A DNA stretch of 64,000 bases. Origin: Prosthecobacter sp. (lineage in GTDB: Bacteria; Verrucomicrobiota; Verrucomicrobiia; Verrucomicrobiales; Verrucomicrobiaceae). A program made the translations under genes and the position numbers. The stretch spans positions 29,358 through 93,357 of the forward strand of contig NZ_JAXMIH010000012.1 in NCBI RefSeq assembly GCF_034366625.1. The letters are read 5' to 3'. The notes under the pieces were generated by a model that worked only from the letters and a program-made list of their open reading frames with translations, made no database searches and was not told the DNA's origin. Below, in pieces: positions 38,701 through 46,771 of this stretch (position 1 is its first letter; every line of letters begins with the position of its first letter).

Positions 38701-40379
38701 TCGGCGACGCCGTCGTGATCGGCATCGATGAACTCGCTGAGATGCGGCGGATGCACGAGGTAGAGGCGATCATGGTCCCAAACGAGGCCGCGCGGACTGT
38801 CCACCTCGCAGAAGACCTTCGTTTCATCGGCACGACCATCGCCATCGGAATCGCGTAGGCGGATGATGCGGCCACGGTTGGGTTTGCGCTCCACGGAGCC
38901 GTTGCCATCGCTGCTGACGTAAAGCGTGCCATCCGGCTCCGCGGCGAGGAAGACGGGGTAGTTCGCGGCGGCGCTGTTCGCGAAAAGCGTGACCTCGAAG
39001 CCATCAGCGACCTTCACGTCCTTCAAAATGGCCGCTTCCTCCTCGGGCGTGAGTTTGACGATCTTCGGCGCGACGTTGCCGCCGTCTTTGTGGGGATCGG
39101 TGGCCTGGTTGTATTCCTTCTTTTGGTCAGCGCTCAGCTTCGGCGTGATGGCCTTGATGCCCGGCCCTTTGAGCCGCACCTCGCGGATGCTGGCCCAGCC
39201 ACCGCCCTTTTTGCTGAGGGCATGAATCTTCACAAAGCGGATGCCGTCGGCTTTGGCGAAGTCATTCGAGTAAGGCGCGTTCTTTTCGTTCGCGCTGCCG
39301 TCTGCGAGCGTGGTCCACGTCTTGCCATCGGTGCTGCCTTCGACTTTGAATTGATACACGCCGTTGTTTTCCCAGGTGGTCTCGATGCCGGTGAGCGCCT
39401 GCGGCTTCTCCAGCTCAAGCTGCAACCACTGCGGATATTCGCCGCCATTCGCGCACCAGCGGGTGCCTTCGTCATTGTCCACGGCACACCAGGCGAAGTT
39501 GTTCTTGCCCTTCTCCTCGCTGCTCGCGGTCGCCTTGATTCCCGTGGCGTCTTTCGGCACCGGCGGCGGCTTCGGAGCCTCGACAGGCTTCGCGGGCACA
39601 AACGTCACTTTGTTCTGCCCCTTGAACGGCGTGAGGAAATCCGGCGTGAGCTTGTCACAGGCCCAAAGCAGGCCGCGTGTGATGAGATCGAGATAACGTG
39701 CATCGGCGACAGTTTCCGTATTATGCCCGATGGTGGTGCTGAAGCTGCGGGCACCGACTTTTTCGTTCGTCCAGGCTACGATGTATTCCACGTCCTTCGT
39801 CGTGCCGTCCTTGTTTTTGACGGTCTGCTTGCCCATGGCCAGCGGATGCGCGTCGAAGAGGTTCACGTTGTTGTAAAGCTCCTCTTTGATCGTGGTCCAA
39901 TCCGCGAGCGTCTTGGTGATTGGGTGCTCCTTATCGACAAACGTGATCGCGATAGGCTCCTGCGGGCCGTGGGAGTTCGATTGCAGGCCGAGGCGCTTGA
40001 ACCAGCGATCCTCGCCCGTGCGGAAGCTGTGCATGGCGCAGTGAAGCTGGATGCTGGGGATGGTTTTGTGAGCGTCGAGGATGCGAGTGAGCGTCTCCTT
40101 GTTGTTCATGCTCGCCGCGCACTCGTCGTGGATGATGATGTCGTAGCCCTTCGCCCAATCTGCCTTGTCATAGACCGGCAGCGGCGGGTTGGTGCCTTTG
40201 TCGTCGGTCCAGATGACATCCACCTGCACATTCGCACGGCTTTGGATGCCGTTGGCGATGACTTCGTGCTGCTTCGCGTAGTCGTGGCAGCAGCCGCCGG
40301 CGATGAGAAGGGCTTTGAGGGGCTCGGCGGCAAAGAGCGAAGAGCTGAGGGCGGAGAGAACGAGGAATTTGCGCAGCAT
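35778..40379 (-). CDS. PVC-type heme-binding multidomain protein (ThuA-like, F5/8 discoidin, dehydrogenase-like beta-propeller, HEAT region, C-terminal cytochrome c)
   Basis: Signal peptide from ATG 40379; LLIAGGCCHDY; DNDEGTRWC; DHTTNG, RNILEV, RDNTNDGGGW; CVACH; SMMPPGL. Confidence 0.88.
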   Translation of the reverse strand: MLRKFLVLSALSSSLFAAEPLKALLIAGGCCHDYAKQHEVIANGIQSRANVQVDVIWTDDKGTNPPLPVYDKADWAKGYDIIIHDECAASMNNKETLTRILDAHKTIPSIQLHCAMHSFRTGEDRWFKRLGLQSNSHGPQEPIAITFVDKEHPITKTLADWTTIKEELYNNVNLFDAHPLAMGKQTVKNKDGTTKDVEYIVAWTNEKVGARSFSTTIGHNTETVADARYLDLITRGLLWACDKLTPDFLTPFKGQNKVTFVPAKPVEAPKPPPVPKDATGIKATASSEEKGKNNFAWCAVDNDEGTRWCANGGEYPQWLQLELEKPQALTGIETTWENNGVYQFKVEGSTDGKTWTTLADGSANEKNAPYSNDFAKADGIRFVKIHALSKKGGGWASIREVRLKGPGIKAITPKLSADQKKEYNQATDPHKDGGNVAPKIVKLTPEEEAAILKDVKVADGFEVTLFANSAAANYPVFLAAEPDGTLYVSSDGNGSVERKPNRGRIIRLRDSDGDGRADETKVFCEVDSPRGLVWDHDRLYLVHPPHLSEFIDADHDGVAEKQNILVNGIAYGFKDRPADHTTNGLSLGIDGWLYIAGGDFGFLKATGTDGKTLQHRGGGVIRVRPDGTGLEIYSTGTRNILEVAISPLMDMFARDNTNDGGGWNVRFHHFTGLDDHGYPRLYKNFNDECIQPLADYGGGSGTGAVYIDEPGFGAWNNAPFTCDWGSGALWHHQVKPKGATFEETRKPEPFIKMTRPTDADVDGLSRVYCASWKGATFGWAGPDVGYIVQVKPKGFKAEPLPDFPKAKDEELVKVLESASNRRRMEAQREIMRRPKSSEKAESVSSVILDANRALASRVAALWSIDAKSNARDGKVFAATSEYSFGKFDPDLLPFLIRRLSEKDAAANSSANSVGMSPQLGGAKAVADAIKSKDVRAQIAALVSGARLFEHHRNELRTKRKTPLSDHLISWLYEAGTLQGLSGDAVVVHTARRALANAIEGTADLTKLVNQIGNDGTTGVILSPTEIDLIGAPSLNSDHPARGCEVLALLHYPAVVDRLLQELSRTRNVSTYSPENPKLAEVHRKVILAALCRLHFKDGEWKGDSWGTRPDTRGPYYQPEAWSETPKIAVALKDALAKATPEEAAFLVKELNRNRIQFNEAQQRILDLAKQDPKVLPELAAQLAGAEEIPAEAVPLLVQLVRNGGIPAPSDAGAKNGPTTLSQAITALSKTDSADGVSATLAALEPLKKLPDSGKDYDAALAAFLNAPKLENHHQLIEQIAEKAEWPVSMYANAALLNLANRKTGSPESIQLTQKALDKGWADPKHRKLIIDAISASKHMPSAAKVLAALDDPDAEVKGAAERAAKAMRITKIEDKTPKLMTLKPEEALAAVLKEKGDISLGEQIFTKATCVACHTVKETEAQKGPYLGNIAQTYKRPDLAQNILDPNKTIAQGFASEMITMKDGTAQMGFITLEGASEVKLRNIAAQEFTFKTSEIKDRQKLPMSMMPPGLMMNFTVLEFASLLDYLESLVKK
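36724..36778. repeat. Inverted REP doublet (REPIN-like) inside a coding sequence
   Basis: GTAGT-GGGGCC-ATTCTT-GGCCCC, spacer TGCATCAGA, then the reverse complement of GTAAT-GGGGGC-ATTCCT-GCCCCC. Confidence 0.7.
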
Positions 40380-40444
40380 GGGAGAAAATGGGGACGCAGA
40401 AGCCGCACAAAAAGCGGGGTTTCTATCAGAAAAGTATCGACGCA

Positions 40445-41293
40445 TCAGCGTCCAAACCGCGCCTTGATCAGGTGGCTGCCGAGAATCCACACCTTGTGGA
40501 TGTTGTTCAGGCGGCAGCGCTTGGTGAAGACCGGGAACTTCTCGCGCTTGAGCTTCTCGAGGATGCGCGAGTAGATGGCAGCCATGATCTCGGAGGCGAC
40601 CATGTTTTTACGATCTTCGGGCGGCAGCGCCTTCTGCGCGGCCTGGTAGTAGTCACGCGCACGGCGATACTGAAACTCCATCATCTTGATGAAACGCGGA
40701 CTGGGCCGTGCGTCGAGGATTTCGCTCTCCAGCACGCCGAACTGGCGCAGTTCGCTCTGCGGCAGGTAGATGCGGCCGGTGTCGCGAGCGTCCTGGCCGA
40801 CATCGCGGATGATGTTGGTGAATTGCAGCGCGTAGCCGAGGTTGATGGCGTATTCGCGGGTGGCGGGGTTCGTGTGGCCGAAAATCTCGATGCTGACGAG
40901 GCCGACGACGCTGGCGACCTTGTAGCAGTAGCCGAGCAGCTCCTCGAAGGTCTCGTAGCGCGTCTTGGTGATGTCGCTGGCGACGCCGTCGATGATCTCG
41001 CCGAGCCAGGCACGCGGGAAGCCGTATTTGGCAGGCAGCAGCACCACTTCATCGAGCACCGGATGCCCCGGCGGCTTGCCTTCCTCCACACACTGCTTCC
41101 AGCGGGTCAGTTCGCGTTCTTTTTCCTCCTCGCCGACGTCCGGGGCATCGGCGATGTCATCGACAACGCGGCAGAAGGCGTAGAACGCGATCATGTCGCG
41201 GCGGCGTTCCTTCGGCAGGCAGGCGAGCGCAAAAGCGAGGTTCGACTTCGCCCGCCGCGTGATCTGTTCAGGAGAAAGCGTGCCGCTGGTCAT
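40445..41293 (-). CDS. Squalene/phytoene synthase family protein (HpnD/CrtB-like)
   Basis: KSNLAFAL, FYAFCRVVDDIAD, YCYKVASVVG, QFTNIIRDVGQD, GRIYLP. Confidence 0.92.
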   Translation of the reverse strand: MTSGTLSPEQITRRAKSNLAFALACLPKERRRDMIAFYAFCRVVDDIADAPDVGEEEKERELTRWKQCVEEGKPPGHPVLDEVVLLPAKYGFPRAWLGEIIDGVASDITKTRYETFEELLGYCYKVASVVGLVSIEIFGHTNPATREYAINLGYALQFTNIIRDVGQDARDTGRIYLPQSELRQFGVLESEILDARPSPRFIKMMEFQYRRARDYYQAAQKALPPEDRKNMVASEIMAAIYSRILEKLKREKFPVFTKRCRLNNIHKVWILGSHLIKARFGR

Positions 41294-42366
41294 GCGGAGG
41301 GGGAACGTGGGAAGCCGTGGCGCAACATGATGAGGAGAGCGGTCAGCAATAGCCAGCAATCGAGCATGGCAAGCACCAAAGCGCTCAGCGGCAACACCAG
41401 GATGCGCCAGATTGGCGAATCAACGCTCAAGGCTTGTCCCATTGTGGCGGCATAGTGGGCGAGAATGAAGATCGCCAGCGCGGTAATGCCAAACAGCAGC
41501 AGCGAAACCGCCGAACCGATCAAGATGCGCAGCGCGGCGGCTCCTTGATGCAGAAAATGCCCAGGCACCGCCGCCACGGCGAGCGGTAGGGCCGCAAACA
41601 CGAGCAACAGCTCAATCCAAAACCAGCCGCCAATGCTTTGCGGCGTGCTCATCTGCCACTGACGCCAGCTCATCCACAGCAGATTGAAACCTGCAAGGCA
41701 TGCGACGCCCTGCCAGCGCGCGAAGGAGTGCTCCAGCGCAGCGCTGGCATCGTTATCAGCCTCGGTGTCCTGCGGTTTCTCCCAGGCCATGACGAAACGC
41801 ACCAGCCACACCTGCATGCCCGCCGCCGCGAGCGCGGTGAAAACGTAGCGCAGGCCGAGCTTCACCGATTCCGCGCCCTCGGGCAGCATGCGTCTCAGGC
41901 TCATGCCTTCGAGGACCAGCCAGCCGAAACCGACAACGGTGACGACCAGCAGCGCTATCTTTTGCTCCGGCACAGGCCGCCGCTCGCCATAGCGATACGG
42001 CCAACGCCAGATGCGAATGGTCAAAATGGCAAGCACGACAGGCATCAGGCATGCGAGGGGCCAGGGTTGGAGAAAAACATGCGGCAATTGAGCCAGATGC
42101 GCCGCCGCATCGCGGGTGAGCGGCAGGATCAGCTCGCGCCAGTCTCCTAGCTGGACCAGCGAATAGGCCGCTGACCGCTCATCACCCAAAATGGAGGCCA
42201 GCAGCGCGGCTCCCGCCGCCCACACGATCAAAGCGGGCCGCAGGCGGACGAAATCCCACGCGTCCGACAAATGCCGCCGCAGCGGATGCCAGCGCAGATG
42301 CAGCGCCAGCCCGGCGATGAAGCCGAGAAGCGCGAGCGCGGTGGATTGCCAATGCGGGAGATTCAA
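41290..42366 (-). CDS. Hypothetical multi-pass membrane protein
   Basis: About 8-9 hydrophobic segments, TTG start, stop overlaps the synthase ATG. Confidence 0.7.
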   Translation of the reverse strand: MNLPHWQSTALALLGFIAGLALHLRWHPLRRHLSDAWDFVRLRPALIVWAAGAALLASILGDERSAAYSLVQLGDWRELILPLTRDAAAHLAQLPHVFLQPWPLACLMPVVLAILTIRIWRWPYRYGERRPVPEQKIALLVVTVVGFGWLVLEGMSLRRMLPEGAESVKLGLRYVFTALAAAGMQVWLVRFVMAWEKPQDTEADNDASAALEHSFARWQGVACLAGFNLLWMSWRQWQMSTPQSIGGWFWIELLLVFAALPLAVAAVPGHFLHQGAAALRILIGSAVSLLLFGITALAIFILAHYAATMGQALSVDSPIWRILVLPLSALVLAMLDCWLLLTALLIMLRHGFPRSPSA

Positions 42367-42433
42367 AGGAGACGATCAATTCGCGAAAACATCTCGACAT
42401 GCCAGCGCGTATTCGCTTCTCTCGTTTTCCGTC

Positions 42434-43783
42434 ATGAAACTCACCGCCGCCCTCCTTCTCACCTCACTTTCGTTTCAATCTGCTGCTCTCGCCGAAAACT
42501 GGCCGAACTGGCGCGGCCCCAATCAAGATGGTTCCAGCAGCGAAACCGGCCTGCCGGTGAAATTCAGCCCCACCGAGGGTGTGAAGTGGGCCGTGGCCGT
42601 GCCCGGCATCGCCGCGTCCGTTCCTGTCATCTGGGGAGACAACGTCTTCATCACCGCGCCCATCGCCGCCGAGAAAAAGCTCGTGGCCCTTTGCTACGAC
42701 AAACAAACGGGGAAAGAAAAATGGCGTGTCACCATCTCCGAGGGCGACGAGGTGCAGTGGGACGACAAGAGCAATCTCGCCAGCCCATCGGCTGCCACCG
42801 ATGGCGACCGCGTTTACTTCCTTTTTGCGAACGCCATCGCCGCAGCGTGTGATTTCAGCGGCAAGATCGTCTGGAAGCGTGATTTCAAGGAAACACATGG
42901 TGCCTTCGCCACGCAGTGGACCTATGGCAGCAGCCCGACCATCGACAGCGGCAAGCTCTACGTCCAAGTGCTGCAGCGCAACGAGACCTTCAAGTTCCAG
43001 GACAAATTCGAAAAAGGCACGGCGGGCAAGGATCTGAGCAGCTACATCCTCGCCATCGACCCGGCCAACGGGAAGGACCTCTGGAAGCAAATCCGTCCCA
43101 GCACCGCGAAGATCGAGTCTTTGGAGGCTTTCAGCAGCCCGGTGTTCACCACTTACAAGGATCAGCGCCTCATGCTCATCTCCGGCGGTGACACGCTCAC
43201 CATCCACGATGCCGCCACGGGCAAGGAATTCTCCCGTGTCGCCACCTGGAACCCGCCGGGCGAAGGCTACAACAGCTTCTTCCGTCTCGTCCCCTCACCC
43301 GTCGTCGGCGATGGCATGGCGATTGTCTGCGCACCGAAGAATTCGCCCATTTTTGCCATTCCTCTCGATGCCAAAGGCGAAACGCAGCCCGCCTGGCAGA
43401 CGGAACCGAAAGGCGTGACGAGCGACGTGCCCACACCCGCCTTCTACAAAGGCAAATTTTACGTCCTCGACGGCGGCAAGAAGCTGCTGAGCTGCCTGGA
43501 GCCGAAAACCGGCAAGGTGCTGTGGACGGGCGAACTCGGTGGCAAGACCAAGTTTGAGAGCAGCCCCACCGTGGCCGACGACAAAGTGTATTGCATCAAC
43601 TTCTGGGGCGAAGTCTATGTCGCCAAGGCAAACACCGACAAGTTTGAGCTTCTCGGCATGAATGAGATGGGCGACGGCTCCAAGCCGAACGGCAACGCCG
43701 CCAGCGTCCGCGCCAGCATCTCCGTCAGCGACAGCAGCCTTTTCATCCGCACGCAGGACAAGCTGTATCGCGTTGGTAAGTGA
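42434..43783 (+). CDS. PQQ-binding-like beta-propeller repeat protein, secreted
   Basis: AENWPNWRGP, VKWAV..PG...SVPVIWG, GSSPTI, SPVV, repeated TGK..W. Confidence 0.88.
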   Translation: MKLTAALLLTSLSFQSAALAENWPNWRGPNQDGSSSETGLPVKFSPTEGVKWAVAVPGIAASVPVIWGDNVFITAPIAAEKKLVALCYDKQTGKEKWRVTISEGDEVQWDDKSNLASPSAATDGDRVYFLFANAIAAACDFSGKIVWKRDFKETHGAFATQWTYGSSPTIDSGKLYVQVLQRNETFKFQDKFEKGTAGKDLSSYILAIDPANGKDLWKQIRPSTAKIESLEAFSSPVFTTYKDQRLMLISGGDTLTIHDAATGKEFSRVATWNPPGEGYNSFFRLVPSPVVGDGMAIVCAPKNSPIFAIPLDAKGETQPAWQTEPKGVTSDVPTPAFYKGKFYVLDGGKKLLSCLEPKTGKVLWTGELGGKTKFESSPTVADDKVYCINFWGEVYVAKANTDKFELLGMNEMGDGSKPNGNAASVRASISVSDSSLFIRTQDKLYRVGK

Positions 43784-43800
43784 TTCACTCCGTTGTCACC

Positions 43801-45168
43801 ATGTTCCGCTCCTTCCTTCTCTCACTTCTCGCAGCATCGGCTGCTTTCGCGGCCCCCGCCGAGCACGTCATCCTCGTCAGCATCGACGGCTGGGCGCATC
43901 ATTACTTTGATGATCCCAAGTGTCACATGCCGACGGTGAAGGCGCTCGCGGCGAACGGCGTGCGGGCGAAGCGCATGGAGTGCTCGTTTCCGACCGTGAC
44001 GTGGACAAACCACACCACGCTCGTCACCGGCGTGCATCCTGGCAAGCATGGGGTGCTGGCGAACGCCTATTTTGACCGTGCGACACGGAAGAAGGTGCCG
44101 CTCATCCCCGACCCGATCTTCAACAAGGACGAGATTGTCAAAACGCCGACGATTTACGACGCAGCCAAAGCCGCCGGCTTGACCACGGCGGGCGTCATCT
44201 GGCCCGCGTCACGCGGAGCTAAGACGCTCGACTGGACCGTGCCGGATGTGTTCGAGCAGGAGCTGTTCGAGAAATACAGCACGCCTTCGCTGCTTGAAGA
44301 AGCTCGCGCGGCAGGCATCCCCATCGAAAAGCAGATGGAATGGTGCAAACTGGGCAACGGGGGCAAGGCGCAGCGTGATTACATGTACTCGCAACTCGCG
44401 CAGCACATCATCAAGAAACACAAGCCGAACTTCCTGGCGATCCACCTCGTCAGCCTCGATTCCTTTGAGCACGCGCACGGCCGACAGGTGCCGGAGGCCT
44501 ACTGGGCGGCGAATGACTCGGACAATCGCGTGGCGGACCTGATTCGCGCCACGGAAGAAGCGGGTATTCGTGACAAAACGACTTTTGTCATCACCACTGA
44601 CCACGGTTTCGTCACTTACACAAAGTCCATCAACCCCAACGCGCTGTTGCGGAAGGATGGTCTCGTGAAATCCGTGCTCGGCAAGAGCCTCGCGCCCGAC
44701 TCCCAGGTCTTCGCCATGGCCGAAGGCGGTGCCTCCTTTGTTTATGTGCTCGATGAAGCCAATCGCGACAGCATTCTCAAGCAGATCACTCCCAAGCTCG
44801 CGAAGATGGAAGGCGTGAGCGGTATCGTGGAAGCCAAGGACTTCGACCGCAAGCTCCACCACCTCACCGCCGACAAAGATGGCCGCGAGCCTGATCTCGT
44901 GCTGCTCGCAGGCGATGGCTACACCTTCACCGATTCCCTGGCCGACTCGGCCGAAATCATCCCCAACGACCCGCCGAAGGGCGCACACGGCCATTTTCAC
45001 GGCGATGCGAATCTCTACGGTGCCTTTGTCATCAGCGGAGCCGGTGTGAAACAAGGCGCGGTGATCGAAGACATCAAGAATATCGACGTCACACCGACGA
45101 TGGCCAAGCTGCTCGGCGTCCCCTTCCCGAATGCGGACGGACGAGTGCTGGGCGAGGCGCTCAAGTAG
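43801..45168 (+). CDS. Alkaline phosphatase superfamily, nucleotide pyrophosphatase/phosphodiesterase
   Basis: VILVSIDG, FPTVTWTNHTTLVTG (Thr nucleophile), ITTDHG, GAHG. Confidence 0.9.
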   Translation: MFRSFLLSLLAASAAFAAPAEHVILVSIDGWAHHYFDDPKCHMPTVKALAANGVRAKRMECSFPTVTWTNHTTLVTGVHPGKHGVLANAYFDRATRKKVPLIPDPIFNKDEIVKTPTIYDAAKAAGLTTAGVIWPASRGAKTLDWTVPDVFEQELFEKYSTPSLLEEARAAGIPIEKQMEWCKLGNGGKAQRDYMYSQLAQHIIKKHKPNFLAIHLVSLDSFEHAHGRQVPEAYWAANDSDNRVADLIRATEEAGIRDKTTFVITTDHGFVTYTKSINPNALLRKDGLVKSVLGKSLAPDSQVFAMAEGGASFVYVLDEANRDSILKQITPKLAKMEGVSGIVEAKDFDRKLHHLTADKDGREPDLVLLAGDGYTFTDSLADSAEIIPNDPPKGAHGHFHGDANLYGAFVISGAGVKQGAVIEDIKNIDVTPTMAKLLGVPFPNADGRVLGEALK

Positions 45169-45177
45169 CCCTTTGTT

Positions 45178-45813
45178 TTACAGCATGCCCGGTGTGTAGC
45201 GCGGACGTGCATCCGAACCTGTGCCGATGCTCTGGCGCATGTTGGAGTCATCCAAGGCGCGATCCACGGCGTCTTGAAGCGCCCGGGAGGTCAGATCACG
45301 CAGCACGGGCACCGGGGAGCCACTGCCGGGGCGGTAGGCGTTGCTTTGGCGCTCCCCCTCATAGATTTTCGTGAAGATCACCCGGTTTGAACCGGCTTCG
45401 AGGATGTTCACCCGGATACGGGCGTAGCCGTAGGGATGCACCAGAAGCTGCGAGCGCAGGTCATGAATCTCACCCGAGAGGATGAAGCGGCCCTTTGAGT
45501 CGGGAGCCAGCATGCCGCGGGCTTCCAGGCCGTAGCCAAAGGAGTTGCGCACGATGTCGCTGATGGGCAGGCGGGTTTGCAGCGTCTCGATCTTCGGACC
45601 GATGGGCATGCGGACATGGCCAAGCGTCTGGGCCTGCACACCACGCTTGTCCTTGAACTGACCGAGGGAAAAATCGGGCGTCCCACGCAACGACTGGCCG
45701 GGCTGCGGCACATAGTCGAGGCTGACGACGGAGGAGCTGGAGCAGGCGGACAGACTGAAGACGGTCACAGCTCCGAGAATGACAGACAGGCATCGAAAAT
45801 TCATGATGGCCAT
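45178..45813 (-). CDS. Putative lipoprotein
   Basis: Hydrophobic signal ending in lipobox LSAC; function not recognised. Confidence 0.72.
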   Translation of the reverse strand: MAIMNFRCLSVILGAVTVFSLSACSSSSVVSLDYVPQPGQSLRGTPDFSLGQFKDKRGVQAQTLGHVRMPIGPKIETLQTRLPISDIVRNSFGYGLEARGMLAPDSKGRFILSGEIHDLRSQLLVHPYGYARIRVNILEAGSNRVIFTKIYEGERQSNAYRPGSGSPVPVLRDLTSRALQDAVDRALDDSNMRQSIGTGSDARPRYTPGML

Positions 45814-45877
45814 CCTTAGAACGCCTTGGCCACGAATCAATGAGCGAGTGCAAAGGGAACGAATCGCGGGTAAAAAA

Positions 45878-45948
45878 CAACCCTGCCGGAACTCGGAACT
45901 CAGGAAAAAAACCCCCAAAACCTGAATCCAATTAACCCGGCAGGGTTG
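45878..45948. other. 12-bp perfect inverted repeat enclosing a nested hairpin in a divergent intergenic region
   Basis: CAACCCTGCCGG ... CCGGCAGGGTTG with inner TCAGG/CCTGA arms; followed by TTTTTT on the minus strand. Confidence 0.55.
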
Positions 45949-45980
45949 ATTTAATGAATATATTCGGAAACAGCTTCCCC

Positions 45981-46754
45981 ATGCAATACCAAAAACTTTG
46001 TCATCAAAAAAAAGCGCTCATGCTCCCTCTGGCTGGACTCGTCATTTTCGCCCTGTTCCCCTCGGAATCTCACGCACAGCTCGGTCGTGCTGTCCGCCAG
46101 GTCATTGTTGCCCAGGCGGCCACTTGGGATTCCAACACAGCCACCTTGCAGTGCTGGCAGCGTGCTTCCAGCCGTGAGCCGTGGCAGGCGGCATTCGCCA
46201 AGCCCGTTCCTGTTTTACTGGGCAGGAAGGGCCTCGCCTGGGGCCGGGGAGTGTTCAACCCGCCACAAAACGGCGTTCCCGCCAAGGTCGAAAAAGACTG
46301 GAAGGCTCCGGCAGGCATGTTCCAGCTCGGTTCCCTGTTTGGCTACGCCACCACTGCTCCCGGCGGTGCTCGCTGGCCCTACATCCAGGTCGGACCGTGG
46401 GACGCGTATGTCGATGACTCGAACTCGCCGTATTATAACAAGCACGTCCGCATCGACCCACGTCAGGGCATTCCGCCGTGGTTTGAGAAGCAAAAAATGC
46501 GCCTCGGGGACGCCGCCTACAAGTGGATGCTGGAAATCCGCCATAATCAGCAGCCCGCCACACCCGGCTACGGCAGCGCCATCTTTTTCCATGTGCGTCG
46601 CGGTCCCACCACACCCAGCGCAGGCTGCACGACGATGGCTGAGGCCGATCTCACCCGCATGCTCCGCTGGCTGGATCCCTCCGCCGCTCCACACTACGTC
46701 CTGTTGCCCAAAGCCGACTATGCGGCCTTGCGCACGGCGTGGGGGCTGCCTTGA
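45981..46754 (+). CDS. L,D-transpeptidase family protein (YkuD fold)
   Basis: LLGRKGLAWG, KVEKDWKAPAG, GSAIFFH...SAGC catalytic His/Cys. Start uncertain. Confidence 0.85.
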   Translation: MQYQKLCHQKKALMLPLAGLVIFALFPSESHAQLGRAVRQVIVAQAATWDSNTATLQCWQRASSREPWQAAFAKPVPVLLGRKGLAWGRGVFNPPQNGVPAKVEKDWKAPAGMFQLGSLFGYATTAPGGARWPYIQVGPWDAYVDDSNSPYYNKHVRIDPRQGIPPWFEKQKMRLGDAAYKWMLEIRHNQQPATPGYGSAIFFHVRRGPTTPSAGCTTMAEADLTRMLRWLDPSAAPHYVLLPKADYAALRTAWGLP

Positions 46755-46771
46755 GCAAGATCGTGAGCCGG

